From positions 236,461-300,460 of the forward strand of contig OOHM01000002.1 of NCBI GenBank assembly GCA_900320405.1: a stretch of DNA of 64,000 nt. Direction: 5' to 3'. How positions within the stretch are numbered: the stretch's first letter is position 1; each line of letters starts with the position of its first letter. Made by a program: the position numbers and the translations under genes. The stretch is from an uncultured Pseudomonadota bacterium (GTDB lineage Bacteria > Pseudomonadota > Alphaproteobacteria > Rs-D84). This document shows positions 9,447-19,817 of the stretch, in pieces. The notes under the pieces are model-generated. The model made no database searches. It was not told the origin of the DNA and saw only the letters and a program-made list of their open reading frames with translations.

Positions 9447-9487
9447 GTGAAAAAAACACCCCCGAAGGGGTGTTCAAGGACACAAGC
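9447..9487 (-). terminator. Direct repeat copy 2, acting as a rho-independent terminator for the 9503-10579 gene
   Basis: On the minus strand it reads 'acacccc ttcg ggggtgt' plus T7, immediately 3' of the stop at 9503. Confidence 0.6.
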
Positions 9488-9502
9488 ATAATTTTATTTA
9501 GA

Positions 9503-10579
9503 TTAGTCGCCCTCTACCTGAGCAATACGTTTCCAAACTGGCTTGCCATCTACATCACTGGTGACCAACGCACACGGATGCGATGCATCGCAATAGTCGT
9601 CAGGATTGTCAGTTGAGTTTGGCATCTCCGGGATTACGTTACCACCGGTTTGCGCTTGAACATATTCATAAACTGCGGCACCGGTTGTCAAACCTGTATC
9701 GTTAGATGTAACATCTGTTCCGGCATTTGTTATATCAGTAACAGCAATTTCAACATTATTACCATTTGTGGTTATGCTGACGTGATCCGTGCCGGTTGCC
9801 GTTTTCCATGTACCACCCGCCATACCGATTTGATAATCAGCAGCAGAGGTTTTTGGTTGATATGTATTTCCAAGGTCAAGGTTGGTAATTTGACCGGTTA
9901 CGTAATCTGCGACTTGATCACCGCTTACCAAACCTGCTTCATCGTCGGCAACGCCGTTTGTGGCAAGGCCTGCACCGGCAGCGGCACCTAAGTTAACCGT
10001 TTTGTCGCTGGTATCGATAGTCACAGGAGTGCCATTAACCTTAACGCCTTTAAGGGTTACGTATTGATTAACAGCGTTTTCCGACGGTGCTTTATCCGTT
10101 GCTGTACCTACCTGGTTTGAAATAAAATTCGTAACTTGTGATGCGTTGGCAATTGCCTGTTTGATAACACCTTCGGTAACAAGATTCGAGGATTCGCTGT
10201 TCAATCCGTTTGCTGGAAGAGCAGTTGTCATCTTAGTTGAATCAAGGTTAAGTATAGCCTCGCCATTGGTGCCTGCGGTGACATCAACATAACCGTTTGT
10301 TGCCTCTGTAACGGCACTGGTCATAGCCGCCCAAGAGCCGCCTTTGCCAACTTTATAGTCTGTAGAGTCTTGAATAGCCTGTTTCTGTGCCAATGCGTCG
10401 CTTACAGCGGCCCCAGAAGGTGCTTTATCGCTATCCCCTGACGAAACGATACCCGCGATTTTTGCATCAACGTATGATTTAGATGTAACTGTGTTATCTG
10501 GATCAGCCAAAGCCGCGTTTGCAGACAAGATTGCCGCCGCAAAGCCCACGAACACCAGTCCACGTACTTTAAATTTCAT
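9503..10579 (-). CDS. Secreted Thr/Gly-rich tail-fibre/adhesin-like protein, member of the 'VTSKxYVD' family
   Basis: Start at MKFKVRGLVFVGFAAAILSANAALA (signal peptide), then 'DPDNTVTSKSYVDAKIAG'. C-terminal 'YCDASHPCALV'. Paralogous to 23168, 29351 and 29775. Confidence 0.6.
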   Translation of the reverse strand: MKFKVRGLVFVGFAAAILSANAALADPDNTVTSKSYVDAKIAGIVSSGDSDKAPSGAAVSDALAQKQAIQDSTDYKVGKGGSWAAMTSAVTEATNGYVDVTAGTNGEAILNLDSTKMTTALPANGLNSESSNLVTEGVIKQAIANASQVTNFISNQVGTATDKAPSENAVNQYVTLKGVKVNGTPVTIDTSDKTVNLGAAAGAGLATNGVADDEAGLVSGDQVADYVTGQITNLDLGNTYQPKTSAADYQIGMAGGTWKTATGTDHVSITTNGNNVEIAVTDITNAGTDVTSNDTGLTTGAAVYEYVQAQTGGNVIPEMPNSTDNPDDYCDASHPCALVTSDVDGKPVWKRIAQVEGD

Positions 10580-10719
10580 TGTTTGTTCCTTTTGCTTGTT
10601 TGTTTGTTGTTGTCTTGCGACGGGTGCATACAACAATTGTTTGTATAAATCCGTTGCATTCTTTCTTGTGATTGCCGCCTTGCATTATCCCCCTTTGATT
10701 TTGCAAAGCGGCTATCTAA

Positions 10720-10930
10720 GCCCTCTGTTTTCACCGTCTGCGACGCAGGTCTCGCTATCGCTCGACTGGGTCCCGCGCTTCCGCGGGATGACGCTTTTGC
10801 AATTTGTTGATTTTTTGCCTGAATTTAACAAATTGCCCCCCAAAAGCATTTGTCGCAATCCCTCTTTGCGACCGGTGTCTTTGGCGACACCCCGCCGGAT
10901 TTCATCCGGCACCCCTCTAGCCAGAGGGGA
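10720..10930. repeat. Mosaic GC-rich repeat region containing a family 3 element ('CTGCGACGCAGGTCTCGC...GGTCCCG...') and a 'cccctctagccagagggg' hairpin
   Basis: 10736-10795 aligns with 30802-30868. The 'cccctc.gccag.gggg' hairpin recurs at 29754 and 58941. Confidence 0.55.
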
Positions 10931-10945
10931 ATTTTTGCGACACCA

Positions 10946-12208
10946 CTATGGTTCGTCCGGATTTGTACCGCCACCCGCGTTCGGATCATCATCCGCCGTG
11001 ATGACGCGGAACCATAACTGATTTCCGTCTTCGTCCACAGACATTACGTATTGACCTTCGCCCGGACGGTTTTCATCCCACCATTCTTTCCATCCTTCGA
11101 CCCATGTTAATGTGCCCGCGATGTCCGTTGCCAATTTCGCACGTTCAACCGCGCCATCGTTAATGAACGGTGCCGATACGGTATCTTCGTATGCCAAATC
11201 ACCCAGGTTATCCAAATCGGTCGTGGTTGCGAATTCTACGTCGGACGGAACAACGATGCCGTCTGCGCCAACAACCAATGCCTTGCCCGCGTTATCGGTG
11301 CCTTGGTCTTTGTCAACCTTTTTATCCAAATCGTCTGCGGTCACAATGGTGTTGTTAATGTTTTCAATTTGTTGGTCAATTTCCGTCTTTGAATAGAAAT
11401 CACCCGTTGGCGCCAAAATTCCGTCTTCGCCGACAACCAATGCCTTGCCTGCGTTATCGGTGCCTTGGTCTTTGTCAACCTTTTTATCCAATTCCGCCAG
11501 AATTTCAATGCGCAAGTTATTAATGCGTTGATTCAATGTTTCGGTCAATCCCGAAAAATCCAATTTATCACTGATTTCATCCCACGTAATCAGTATGTTC
11601 CATTCTTCGTCGCCGACATAGCGCCAGAGCAGTCCTTCGTCATTTGTGCCCATTTCAACCTCGCGACCGTCGGTGCCGTCTTCTAATCCCAAATCTTCTT
11701 TGATTTTTTCGATATCTAATATCAGTTCATCACCTTCAATTGTGATATAGGTGGAATCTTGCAATACATTCTGTTTGTTGGTTTCCAAAGATATAACCTC
11801 GGTTTCCAGACGTTCAACGCGTTCGGTCAAATCGACACCAACACCGCCGGATGAACTTATTGATTTTGGCGCACCAATGTATTTACCAATGGACAGACGC
11901 GGAGATGACGCCACACGGCCAACCGTCGCCGTGCCCGCAGATACAGAACCGCCCGTTGTTGTTGCCGTTGGTGTTGTCGTTGCCGCAGAATTTAATGCGG
12001 TATTCGATATGGATGTCATCGGGCGAACATATCCGCCCGTCGCACGCAACGAACCTGCACGCGATGCCGCCGTGGCCGCCGCCGCAGATTCATATGTACC
12101 CGTGCCACCAATCGTGCGTACCGTCGGTGCCGCAAATGCCGCGGATGTCGCCACAACGCACAATATTGATACCAATGATGTTTTTATTCCCTCTTTCATC
12201 TCTCCCAT
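10946..12208 (-). CDS. Secreted Thr/Ala-rich repeat protein, phage tail-fibre-like
   Basis: Signal peptide MKEGIKTSLVSILCVVATSAAFA. Two 54-aa tandem repeats 'DKKVDKDQGTDNAGKALVVG[EA]DGI', from a DNA repeat at 11251-11329 and 11413-11491. Coiled-coil segment and Trp-rich C-terminus. Confidence 0.55.
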   Translation of the reverse strand: MGEMKEGIKTSLVSILCVVATSAAFAAPTVRTIGGTGTYESAAAATAASRAGSLRATGGYVRPMTSISNTALNSAATTTPTATTTGGSVSAGTATVGRVASSPRLSIGKYIGAPKSISSSGGVGVDLTERVERLETEVISLETNKQNVLQDSTYITIEGDELILDIEKIKEDLGLEDGTDGREVEMGTNDEGLLWRYVGDEEWNILITWDEISDKLDFSGLTETLNQRINNLRIEILAELDKKVDKDQGTDNAGKALVVGEDGILAPTGDFYSKTEIDQQIENINNTIVTADDLDKKVDKDQGTDNAGKALVVGADGIVVPSDVEFATTTDLDNLGDLAYEDTVSAPFINDGAVERAKLATDIAGTLTWVEGWKEWWDENRPGEGQYVMSVDEDGNQLWFRVITADDDPNAGGGTNPDEP

Positions 12209-12279
12209 CCCTATGTGGTGTATTATATCACATTTTTGCCTATACACAAAATCCTTTTTTCAAATTTTTTTGTGCTTTG

Positions 12280-13149
12280 TTAAAATTCGTACCGCAGACC
12301 CAATGATAACGAATTGTCAATTACGAAACCAACCTTGGTTTCCAGTGATTCAAGTACAACGCCGTTAACGTCCTGAACCTTTGGGTCGGATACCAAGTTA
12401 CGTGTCCACTTTGGCCCGATAAAGCCGGACAGGCGATAACGGAAATCCAACGCAACCGATTTGGACAGGTTATATGAATAACCCGCCATCAACGCGCCCG
12501 TAAATGACAATTTGGTTTCAGATGCGGAATCTTTTTCAAAATATTCCCAATCCATTGTCGCACGTGGGAACGCCACACCCACACCTGCACCAAGATAGAC
12601 GCCAGATTCAAAATCGTAATATGCATTCGCCGTGATATACGGTGTTTGCAATTTGAATGTGAATCCATTGTCGGAATCACTGAATTGTGTCATATAACCG
12701 AATTCGACATCACCACGCCAATTTGGTGTGAAACGATAACCGGCGAAGATGTTTCCGCCAAAGACCGGTTCAAATGTATAATCGTCATGGTTTTCAGAAT
12801 TATCGAAAGCATAATTCGACGGTGCACCTTTATATTTATTCTTCCAAGATACCAGGTGCAGACCCACACGACCACCAACATACCAATTGCCTTCATAATC
12901 CGAACCACGTGCCGACGCAACCGATAACGTGGCCGGTTCGGCATATTCTGGATATTCAACAACCGTACCATCGGAATCCAGAACAGTTGTCGTATATTGT
13001 GTGTCGTCATACATTGTGTGCGGATCACCCGCAGTTATGTGAATAACGCGAATTTTTTTTGATTTGCAACCACCGTTGCATGTTTCGGCCGCCATGGTTG
13101 TGCCGACGGTTGCGATGATTGCAACTACACTGACTAATAATTTTTTCAT
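12280..13149 (-). CDS. Outer-membrane beta-barrel protein (OmpA-like/porin family)
   Basis: Signal peptide. Alternating amphipathic beta-strands. C-terminal 'LRYEF' ending in Phe. Confidence 0.7.
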   Translation of the reverse strand: MKKLLVSVVAIIATVGTTMAAETCNGGCKSKKIRVIHITAGDPHTMYDDTQYTTTVLDSDGTVVEYPEYAEPATLSVASARGSDYEGNWYVGGRVGLHLVSWKNKYKGAPSNYAFDNSENHDDYTFEPVFGGNIFAGYRFTPNWRGDVEFGYMTQFSDSDNGFTFKLQTPYITANAYYDFESGVYLGAGVGVAFPRATMDWEYFEKDSASETKLSFTGALMAGYSYNLSKSVALDFRYRLSGFIGPKWTRNLVSDPKVQDVNGVVLESLETKVGFVIDNSLSLGLRYEF

Positions 13150-13268
13150 AATTTTTTCTCCATTTCTTTTGACACCATTATATCACAAATTTGCACATAT
13201 ACAAAATGCAAAATTAAAATAGTGTAAAAAAAATTTATGCGTCCTTGACCACAAAAAGATTTTTTACT

Positions 13269-14072
13269 ATGGTGGACGGTATGGAAGACAATACCGTTAT
13301 TTCTTTTACAAATGTCGGCGCGCGATATGACCAAGACGAAGATGTGTTAACCGATGTATCGTTTAACATCGGTGCGGGGTCGTTCTTTTTTCTGTCGGGT
13401 GCGTCGGGTGCGGGTAAAACGACACTGTTGCGGTTGATGTACCAATTGCACAAACCGTGTCGCGGAATTATCAAGATTTTTGGAAAACAGACCAATAATA
13501 TGTCGCACGATGATATAACGGCATTGCGTCATAAAATGGCAATTGTGTTCCAATCTTATTCATTGCTGTCGCATATTTCGGTGTTCGATAATGTCGCATT
13601 GCCGTTGCGTGTGCGTGGTATGGACGAATCCAAGGTTAAAAAATTGGTCACAAAAACACTGGAATGGGTGGGGTTGGCAAAGTTCGCCGATGCAAACCCA
13701 TTGTCGCTTAGTGGTGGCCAGCAACAGCGTGTATCTGTTGCGCGGGCAATTATTGTGCAACCTGCGATAATGTTGGCCGACGAACCGACGGGAAACCTGG
13801 ATGATGAAAACGCATCGCGGTTAATGGAATTGTTTATACAAATGAACAAAATGTTCGGGACAACAATTATTCTGGCAACGCATAATTCGGGACTGATGGA
13901 AAAATACCATTTCCCGGTCATGCATGTCGAAAATCATCATGTGAACTTTGTTGTTGGGCGCGGTCTGGGGCACGAAAAATCCACCACCACAAAACGGCCA
14001 ACAATAAAAGCCGATGGTGTGGGGTATTTTGCAGAATTGTCAAAACAATTTAAGAATATTGGAAATGATTAA
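13269..14072 (+). CDS. ftsE: Cell-division ABC transporter ATP-binding protein FtsE
   Basis: Walker A '[13 protein letters not shown]'. ABC signature '[14 protein letters not shown]'. Walker B '[11 protein letters not shown]'. The start is ambiguous among 13245 TTG, 13269 ATG and 13281 ATG. Confidence 0.75.
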   Translation: MVDGMEDNTVISFTNVGARYDQDEDVLTDVSFNIGAGSFFFLSGASGAGKTTLLRLMYQLHKPCRGIIKIFGKQTNNMSHDDITALRHKMAIVFQSYSLLSHISVFDNVALPLRVRGMDESKVKKLVTKTLEWVGLAKFADANPLSLSGGQQQRVSVARAIIVQPAIMLADEPTGNLDDENASRLMELFIQMNKMFGTTIILATHNSGLMEKYHFPVMHVENHHVNFVVGRGLGHEKSTTTKRPTIKADGVGYFAELSKQFKNIGND

Positions 14073-14919
14073 AATGAAGCGGCCAATTGTATTTTCTTTG
14101 TTTCGGGACCAGTCCGTGTTTATGACCGCGGTTATGGGAATAATGACTTTCTTGGCCGTGATGGCGTTGGGAATATCGTTGGCAATCGGGACCGGCGTAG
14201 TGCGATGGAATCGGCAATGGGATTCTTTTGCCACCGTTCAGGTGACAAACGCCGATAATGTTAAGGCTGTGCGCAGGGTGTTGGATGAAAATAAAGACAA
14301 AATCGAAAGTGTGCGCGAATTGTCGAATGATGAAATGGCGGGTTTAATGCGACCGTGGATTTCGGGGACTGGAAATGGGGCGCTGTTAAAATACCTGCCG
14401 ACTATGTTCGAAGTGCGATTCAAAACCACGGCCGATATGCGCGCCGTCGGCGATTCGGTAAAACAAAATGCACGATTTATTACGCACAACGATGCGTTGC
14501 GGCCGTCGGTTAGTGCGGGATGGAAAATGGTCGCGATTTTGACCGTTGTGTTGGCGTTGATTATCGCGACGATTGGAATTTGTGTGTCGTTTATCGCGCG
14601 CAATACTGCAATTCTGCACAAACGCGAATTGGAAATTTTGAACCAGGTCGGGGCCAGCGATTCGTTCGTCGTGCGCCAAATGCAGACAATTGTAATGCGA
14701 ATATGCGTGGTGGCGTGCGGGTGTGGATTCTTGGCGGCGGTACCGATTTTGGCGATTATGTTAATGGTGGCACATTCTGCGCGCGTGGGTTTGATGGCAA
14801 TGTTGGCCATTTCCGGGGCGGGGTGGGGCGCGTTAATAATGATGCCGATTGCGATAATTGTTTTCGCAATTGTTGTGACAAAAAAGACAACTTTGAAAAT
14901 TTTGAACAGTGAACAATGA
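14065..14919 (+). CDS. ftsX: Cell-division permease FtsX-like
   Basis: Four predicted TM helices. Overlaps the ftsE stop. Position after ftsE. Confidence 0.65.
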   Translation: MIKMKRPIVFSLFRDQSVFMTAVMGIMTFLAVMALGISLAIGTGVVRWNRQWDSFATVQVTNADNVKAVRRVLDENKDKIESVRELSNDEMAGLMRPWISGTGNGALLKYLPTMFEVRFKTTADMRAVGDSVKQNARFITHNDALRPSVSAGWKMVAILTVVLALIIATIGICVSFIARNTAILHKRELEILNQVGASDSFVVRQMQTIVMRICVVACGCGFLAAVPILAIMLMVAHSARVGLMAMLAISGAGWGALIMMPIAIIVFAIVVTKKTTLKILNSEQ

Positions 14920-15437
14920 AGATTTTGCGACCTTCTTTTTTATTGTTGGGGTTGTTTGTGTTGGGTGGTGTCGCGTTCAAGTTGACCGCACCGAACGATT
15001 GCGATTTTATTATGTCTAATGACAGTATATTCGTATTGACGGGGGATTTTCGCCGTATTCCGTTCGCAATAAAACAAATGGAAAAGTACCCGGATTCAGA
15101 TTTATATATAATTGGTGCGCCGGACGCCGCCGGGTATTCAAATACAGACCGGGCAATTATTGAATCCGATTCGAAATCTACATATCAAAATGCGGTGGCT
15201 ATAAGAAAAATTGTTGGTAAATCCGGTTTAGACCGAATCGTTGTTATCACGACCGAAGATCATATTCGTCGTGCAAAATATTTAATTCAATCGGAATTAC
15301 CGGAAACACGAATTGTCGCGTGCCCGGTGGCGTTGTCGGAAATGCCGCCTGCACGACGATTGGAACGTTGGGGAATCGAATATGTTAAATATATCGTGAC
15401 AATGTTCGGTATCAAAGAGGGGCCACAACACTTATAA
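14916..15437 (+). CDS. DUF218 (YdcF/SanA/ElyC-like) domain protein
   Basis: Signal/TM segment, then 'IFVLTGDF...RIVVITTEDHIRRA', a DUF218-like pattern. Overlaps the ftsX stop. Confidence 0.55.
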   Translation: MKILRPSFLLLGLFVLGGVAFKLTAPNDCDFIMSNDSIFVLTGDFRRIPFAIKQMEKYPDSDLYIIGAPDAAGYSNTDRAIIESDSKSTYQNAVAIRKIVGKSGLDRIVVITTEDHIRRAKYLIQSELPETRIVACPVALSEMPPARRLERWGIEYVKYIVTMFGIKEGPQHL

Positions 15438-15456
15438 CATAAAATGTGAGGATAAA

Positions 15457-16164
15457 ATGTTTAGGACAGTAGTTTTCAAAATAGTTTTGGCAATTTATTT
15501 TGTGCTTTGGGCACCAATATTGTTGGTCGGGTTGGTATCAAAGCGATTAAACACCAAATTGGTTTTGGCGGACGCCGCGGGCGTATTGGTGTTGGCGCGA
15601 ATTATATGCGGAATAAAGTATAAGATATTTTATCCACCAACCGAAGAAAACGGAATTCCCGAAACGCCAAATGAAAATGTGCGTTTGGATGGCAAGGCGA
15701 TAATTGCCGCAAAACATATGTCTATGATGGAGGTTGCGATTTTGGCGAATAATGTTCAAAATCCGTTCTTTATTTTGAAGCGGGAATTACTTTGGATTCC
15801 AATTTACGGTTGGGCGTTTTGGCGTATGGGATTGCAACCGGTGAATCGGGCGCGTGGCGCGACCAATATGAACAAATTGGCGGACGCGGTTGCAGAAAAA
15901 ATTATGAATGGGCAAACATTGATTATATTTCCCGAAGGTACCCGCACAAAACCGGGGCACCGAATACCGTTGAAACGCGGTCTGTTGTTTTTGGCGCATA
16001 AATTGAAATTGCCGATTATTCCGGTCGGAACCGATACGGGCGTTTATTGGCCAAAGCACGGTCGTATGAAGCCCGGTACGGCAAGTGTTTATTTTGAACC
16101 GATTTTACCGTCCACTGCATCATTGGAAGAAATTGGCGAAGCAATAAACCGCCACAGCGCATAA
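15457..16164 (+). CDS. plsC: Lysophospholipid (1-acyl-sn-glycerol-3-phosphate) acyltransferase family protein
   Basis: 'IFPEGTRT' acyltransferase block III. N-terminal TM segment. The HX4D motif is degenerate (AKHMSMME). Confidence 0.65.
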   Translation: MFRTVVFKIVLAIYFVLWAPILLVGLVSKRLNTKLVLADAAGVLVLARIICGIKYKIFYPPTEENGIPETPNENVRLDGKAIIAAKHMSMMEVAILANNVQNPFFILKRELLWIPIYGWAFWRMGLQPVNRARGATNMNKLADAVAEKIMNGQTLIIFPEGTRTKPGHRIPLKRGLLFLAHKLKLPIIPVGTDTGVYWPKHGRMKPGTASVYFEPILPSTASLEEIGEAINRHSA

Positions 16165-16169
16165 TTTTA

Positions 16170-16742
16170 TCAAAGGCAAAACATTAACAATATGCCGAGT
16201 CCGGCGATGATTATCGCCGCCGCGGTCAGGGGCCAAAAGAATTTTTTTACTATTTCGTTCGCGCGTTCTTGGAACCGCCACAGCAGGTATCCAACAATCG
16301 CAAATCGTCCGGTCCGAAATACCGCCGACAACCCCAAAAACAGCACCGCCGGAAACCCCATAAATCCCGCACACATTGCCATCAATTTATATGGTACCGG
16401 TGTCACCGCGGTTAAAAAGATTATGAATATGCCGTGTTTGATAAATAAACTTTGCGCCATTTCGAATTTTTCCATACTGGCGAAATTTTCAATTAACCAA
16501 ACACCAACCGAATCGAATAACCACAACCCGATGCAGTATGCAATTATGCCACCGACAATTGAACCCAATGTTGCCGCCATTACGACCGGAACCGCGCGTT
16601 TCTTGTTGGCAATAATTGGGGGGGTCATAAAAACCTCGGGCGGAATAAATAAAAATATCGATTCGCAAACGGTCATTAAAAACACAATCCAAGTATATGT
16701 TTTTGTTTCGGCGCGTGATAACAGATATTCAGACAATTTCAT
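16170..16742 (-). CDS. DedA/YqaA (VTT-domain) family membrane protein
   Basis: Start at MKLSEYLL. 'PPEVFMTPP', multiple TM helices and 'GRFAIVGYLLWR' are typical of DedA. Confidence 0.6.
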   Translation of the reverse strand: MKLSEYLLSRAETKTYTWIVFLMTVCESIFLFIPPEVFMTPPIIANKKRAVPVVMAATLGSIVGGIIAYCIGLWLFDSVGVWLIENFASMEKFEMAQSLFIKHGIFIIFLTAVTPVPYKLMAMCAGFMGFPAVLFLGLSAVFRTGRFAIVGYLLWRFQERANEIVKKFFWPLTAAAIIIAGLGILLMFCL

Positions 16743-16810
16743 AAAATTTTCCTTGATTGTGTTGGAATATATTATACATTGAGATTGTAAATAAAACAAT
16801 GGAAACATAA

Positions 16811-17161
16811 ATGCCAAAGATAAAAACAGATTCAAATCGTAATGAACGCGTCGCCGCCAAGGTGCAGACAATTGTGGCGGAAATTCTGCGGGATAATTAT
16901 GCCGATGACCCGGTTTTGTCGGGTGTGTCTTTGGTTGGTTCTGTCGCGCGTGGCGGTTTGCAATTTGTGCGATTGTTCTTTCATTGCCATACCGATGACA
17001 TAGATTCTGTACAGCGTCGGTTGGATATTGAAACAAAAACGATTCGTTTTCAAATGGGGCAAAGATTGGACCAAAAATATGTTCCGCAAATCAGATTTAC
17101 ATACGATGATACATTGGAACGTGCGGCAAAGATTGACACTTTACTGGATAATCTAAAATAA
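16811..17161 (+). CDS. rbfA: Ribosome-binding factor A
   Basis: 116 aa. 'RVAAKVQTIVAEILRD...VSLVGSVARGG...' matches the RbfA KH-like fold pattern. Confidence 0.7.
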   Translation: MPKIKTDSNRNERVAAKVQTIVAEILRDNYADDPVLSGVSLVGSVARGGLQFVRLFFHCHTDDIDSVQRRLDIETKTIRFQMGQRLDQKYVPQIRFTYDDTLERAAKIDTLLDNLK

Positions 17162-17241
17162 AAATTGTTGATTTTTCGCCTTGCTAAACACGATATACGA
17201 GTGTATCATTGCCGCATAGAGATAAGTCGTAAAGGCAAGGA

Positions 17242-19029
17242 ATGAAGCAGAGTCACATTCGAAATTTTTCAATTGTTGCACATATTGATCATGGGAAATC
17301 AACACTGTCTGATCGGTTGATTGAATATACGGGCGGTTTGGAATCGCGCGAAATGAAGGCGCAAGTGTTGGATTCTATGGACATTGAACGCGAACGCGGT
17401 ATCACGATTAAGGCTCAGACGGTGCGTTTGAATTACCGCGCAAAAAATGGTGAACTTTATCAACTGAATTTGATGGATACGCCGGGTCACGTCGATTTTT
17501 CTTACGAAGTGTCGCGCTCACTGGCCGCGTGTGAAGGTGCGTTGGTTTTGGTTGATGCGACCCAAGGGGTCCAGGCCCAAACATTGGCGAATGCGTACCT
17601 GGCATTGGATAATGATTTGGAAATGTTGCCGGTATTGAACAAGATTGATTTGCCGTCCAGTGATGTTGATGCCACGCGTGCGCAAATTGCAGATGTTATC
17701 GGTTTGGACGCGAATGATGCGTTGGCGGTGTCGGGCAAAACCGGTGCGGGTGTTCCGGAATTATTGGAAGAAATTGTACATAAATTGCCCGCCCCATCGG
17801 GTGATGAAGATGCGCCAACGCGGGCATTGTTGGTTGATTCTTGGTATGATTCTTATTTGGGCGTGGTTGTGTTGGTGCGCGTTGTTGATGGCACATTGCG
17901 CCGTGGGCAAAAAATAAAATTCTTGGCGACCGGGGCAGAATATACGGTTGAAAAAATTGGGTATTTTACACCAAAAATGGTAAATGTTGATGAATTGTCA
18001 ACCGGGGAAATTGGTTTTATCATCACGGGTATGAAGACGATTCATGATTGCCGTGTCGGTGACACAATTGCCGATTCGCGCGCGACGGTTGACGCGTTGC
18101 CGGGATTTAAGCCGTCTGTGCCGGTTGTGTTTTCTTCGTTCTTTCCGGTGGAATCTGATGATTACCCGGTGTTGCGTGAAAGCGCGGAAAAATTGGCATT
18201 GAATGATGCTTCGTTTGTGTTCACAACCGAAAAGTCGTCTGCGCTGGGGTTTGGATTGCGATGCGGTTTTTTGGGTCTGTTGCATATGGAAATTATTAGT
18301 GAACGTTTGGCACGCGAATTTAATTTGGCGTTGATAAATACGGTGCCAAGCGTGTTGTACAAGGTGCATTTGCGTAATGGCGAAGTAATCGATTTGGAAA
18401 ATCCCGCCGATATGCCCGATATCACAAAAATCGAATCTATTGAAGAACCGTGGGTTCGTGCAACAATTATGATGCCCGATAAATATATGGGCGGAATTAT
18501 GCAATTGTGTTCTGAACGCCGCGGGGTCCAAGAAAATATTTCCTATGTTGGGAATCGTGCGGTTTTGGTATATCAATTGCCGTTGGCGGAAATTGTATTC
18601 GATTTCTATGACCGGGTTAAATCTATATCGTCGGGATACGCATCGTTTGATTATGTCGTTCAAGATTACCGTCCGTCGGATTTGGTCAAGGTTTCAATTC
18701 TGGTCAATGAAGAAAATGTCGAACCGTTGTCATTTATGTGCCACCGGTCAAGCGCCGAAAAACGCGGTCGGGCAATTGTGGAAAAATTAAAAGATTTAAT
18801 TCCACGACATCAATTCAAAATACCGCTTCAGGCGGCAATTGGTGGAAAAATTATTGCGCGTGAAACGATTGCGGCATATCGCAAAGATGTGACTGCAAAA
18901 TGCTATGGTGGCGATATTACGCGTAAAAGAAAACTTTTGGAGAAGCAGAAAGAGGGAAAAAAGCGTATGCGGACATTCGGTAATGTTGAAATACCACAGT
19001 CTGCATTTATCAACGCACTGAAAGTGTAA
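17242..19029 (+). CDS. lepA: Elongation factor 4 (LepA)
   Basis: '[16 protein letters not shown]' G-domain. 595 aa. LepA-specific C-terminal domain. Confidence 0.95.
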   Translation: MKQSHIRNFSIVAHIDHGKSTLSDRLIEYTGGLESREMKAQVLDSMDIERERGITIKAQTVRLNYRAKNGELYQLNLMDTPGHVDFSYEVSRSLAACEGALVLVDATQGVQAQTLANAYLALDNDLEMLPVLNKIDLPSSDVDATRAQIADVIGLDANDALAVSGKTGAGVPELLEEIVHKLPAPSGDEDAPTRALLVDSWYDSYLGVVVLVRVVDGTLRRGQKIKFLATGAEYTVEKIGYFTPKMVNVDELSTGEIGFIITGMKTIHDCRVGDTIADSRATVDALPGFKPSVPVVFSSFFPVESDDYPVLRESAEKLALNDASFVFTTEKSSALGFGLRCGFLGLLHMEIISERLAREFNLALINTVPSVLYKVHLRNGEVIDLENPADMPDITKIESIEEPWVRATIMMPDKYMGGIMQLCSERRGVQENISYVGNRAVLVYQLPLAEIVFDFYDRVKSISSGYASFDYVVQDYRPSDLVKVSILVNEENVEPLSFMCHRSSAEKRGRAIVEKLKDLIPRHQFKIPLQAAIGGKIIARETIAAYRKDVTAKCYGGDITRKRKLLEKQKEGKKRMRTFGNVEIPQSAFINALKV

Positions 19030-19046
19030 AACCAAAGGAATGAAAA

Positions 19047-19418
19047 ATGAACAAATTGATGGAATATCGGGATATTTCAAAAGACCTGCGCCAAAAAAAG
19101 GCCGAGATGCGGGCGGCGCGCGCCAAGATAACCAGTTATAACAAAGAATATTTTTTGGACAAACCTGAAGATTTTGGAATTTCTGCCTGTATAAATAAAT
19201 TCGAACGGGTTTATGGTATATGTATGGATCCAAATGCGTATGAAGATGGTGAATTTACAAAATTCTGTCCGTTATTTGGTCCCGAATTGTGCGCAGACAG
19301 AAAATGTCCAAAGTATCCGGAAAATATGGACTATATTGTTGCACGTGAAAGATATGATATGGCGGTGGCGCGTCGTCGTCAATTTATACGAGAATTGTTT
19401 AATAAAAAATCAAAATAG
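19047..19418 (+). CDS. Small Cys-containing hypothetical protein, paralogue A
   Basis: Strong RBS aaggaa. 123 aa. Shares 'KLxEYR...CINxF...KFC...C...ARRRxFIxxLF' with 19434-19799. Confidence 0.45.
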   Translation: MNKLMEYRDISKDLRQKKAEMRAARAKITSYNKEYFLDKPEDFGISACINKFERVYGICMDPNAYEDGEFTKFCPLFGPELCADRKCPKYPENMDYIVARERYDMAVARRRQFIRELFNKKSK

Positions 19419-19433
19419 TAAAAAGGACACAAG

Positions 19434-19799
19434 ATGACAAAATTAGAAGAATATCGTTTGTTGAATCAAAAGGTACGTAATGCGCGTCGGGCGTTAAATC
19501 GCGCCATGGCGGAAATTTCGCTTTGGTGTGACGGATATAATCTTGAGGGCTCGAATCACACGATGTGTATAAATCGTTTTGATGGCGTTAGGGCGAAAAG
19601 TTTGAGTGCGGGTCTTTTAGATGATAATGGACTAGTTAAGTTTTGTGATAAATTTGATTGCCATAAACTGTGCCAAAATAATAATTGCGAATATGAAGAA
19701 TTAAATTGGGATGCGGTTGCGGCACAATTCGCGTACGATGATGCGCGTGCGGCACGTCGCGCATTTATCGGCAATTTGTTTCGGGTACGAAAAAAATAA
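19434..19799 (+). CDS. Small Cys-containing hypothetical protein, paralogue B
   Basis: Tandem paralogue of the preceding ORF. RBS aaagga. 121 aa. Confidence 0.45.
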   Translation: MTKLEEYRLLNQKVRNARRALNRAMAEISLWCDGYNLEGSNHTMCINRFDGVRAKSLSAGLLDDNGLVKFCDKFDCHKLCQNNNCEYEELNWDAVAAQFAYDDARAARRAFIGNLFRVRKK

Positions 19800-19817
19800 A
19801 ACCCAAAGGAGAGGGCG

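Noticed and set aside
9190-9487. Possible CRISPR array, also considered at 32851-33220.
   Set aside because: There are only two repeat copies. The spacers are a palindromic MITE and tRNA-end material. No cas genes are present, so this is not CRISPR.
9503-12208. Prophage suggested by the tail-fibre-like genes.
   Set aside because: No capsid, terminase, portal or tail-tube genes are present. The fibre-like genes are dispersed among housekeeping genes and carry Sec signal peptides.
12489-13046. Several small ORFs on both strands within the 12280-13149 OMP gene.
   Set aside because: They are nested in a beta-barrel OMP gene with a clear signal peptide and C-terminal Phe. They have a His/Arg-rich shadow composition.
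16192-16782. 196-aa plus-strand ORF overlapping the DedA gene.
   Set aside because: The opposite strand encodes a clear DedA-family membrane protein with TM periodicity. This ORF lacks features.
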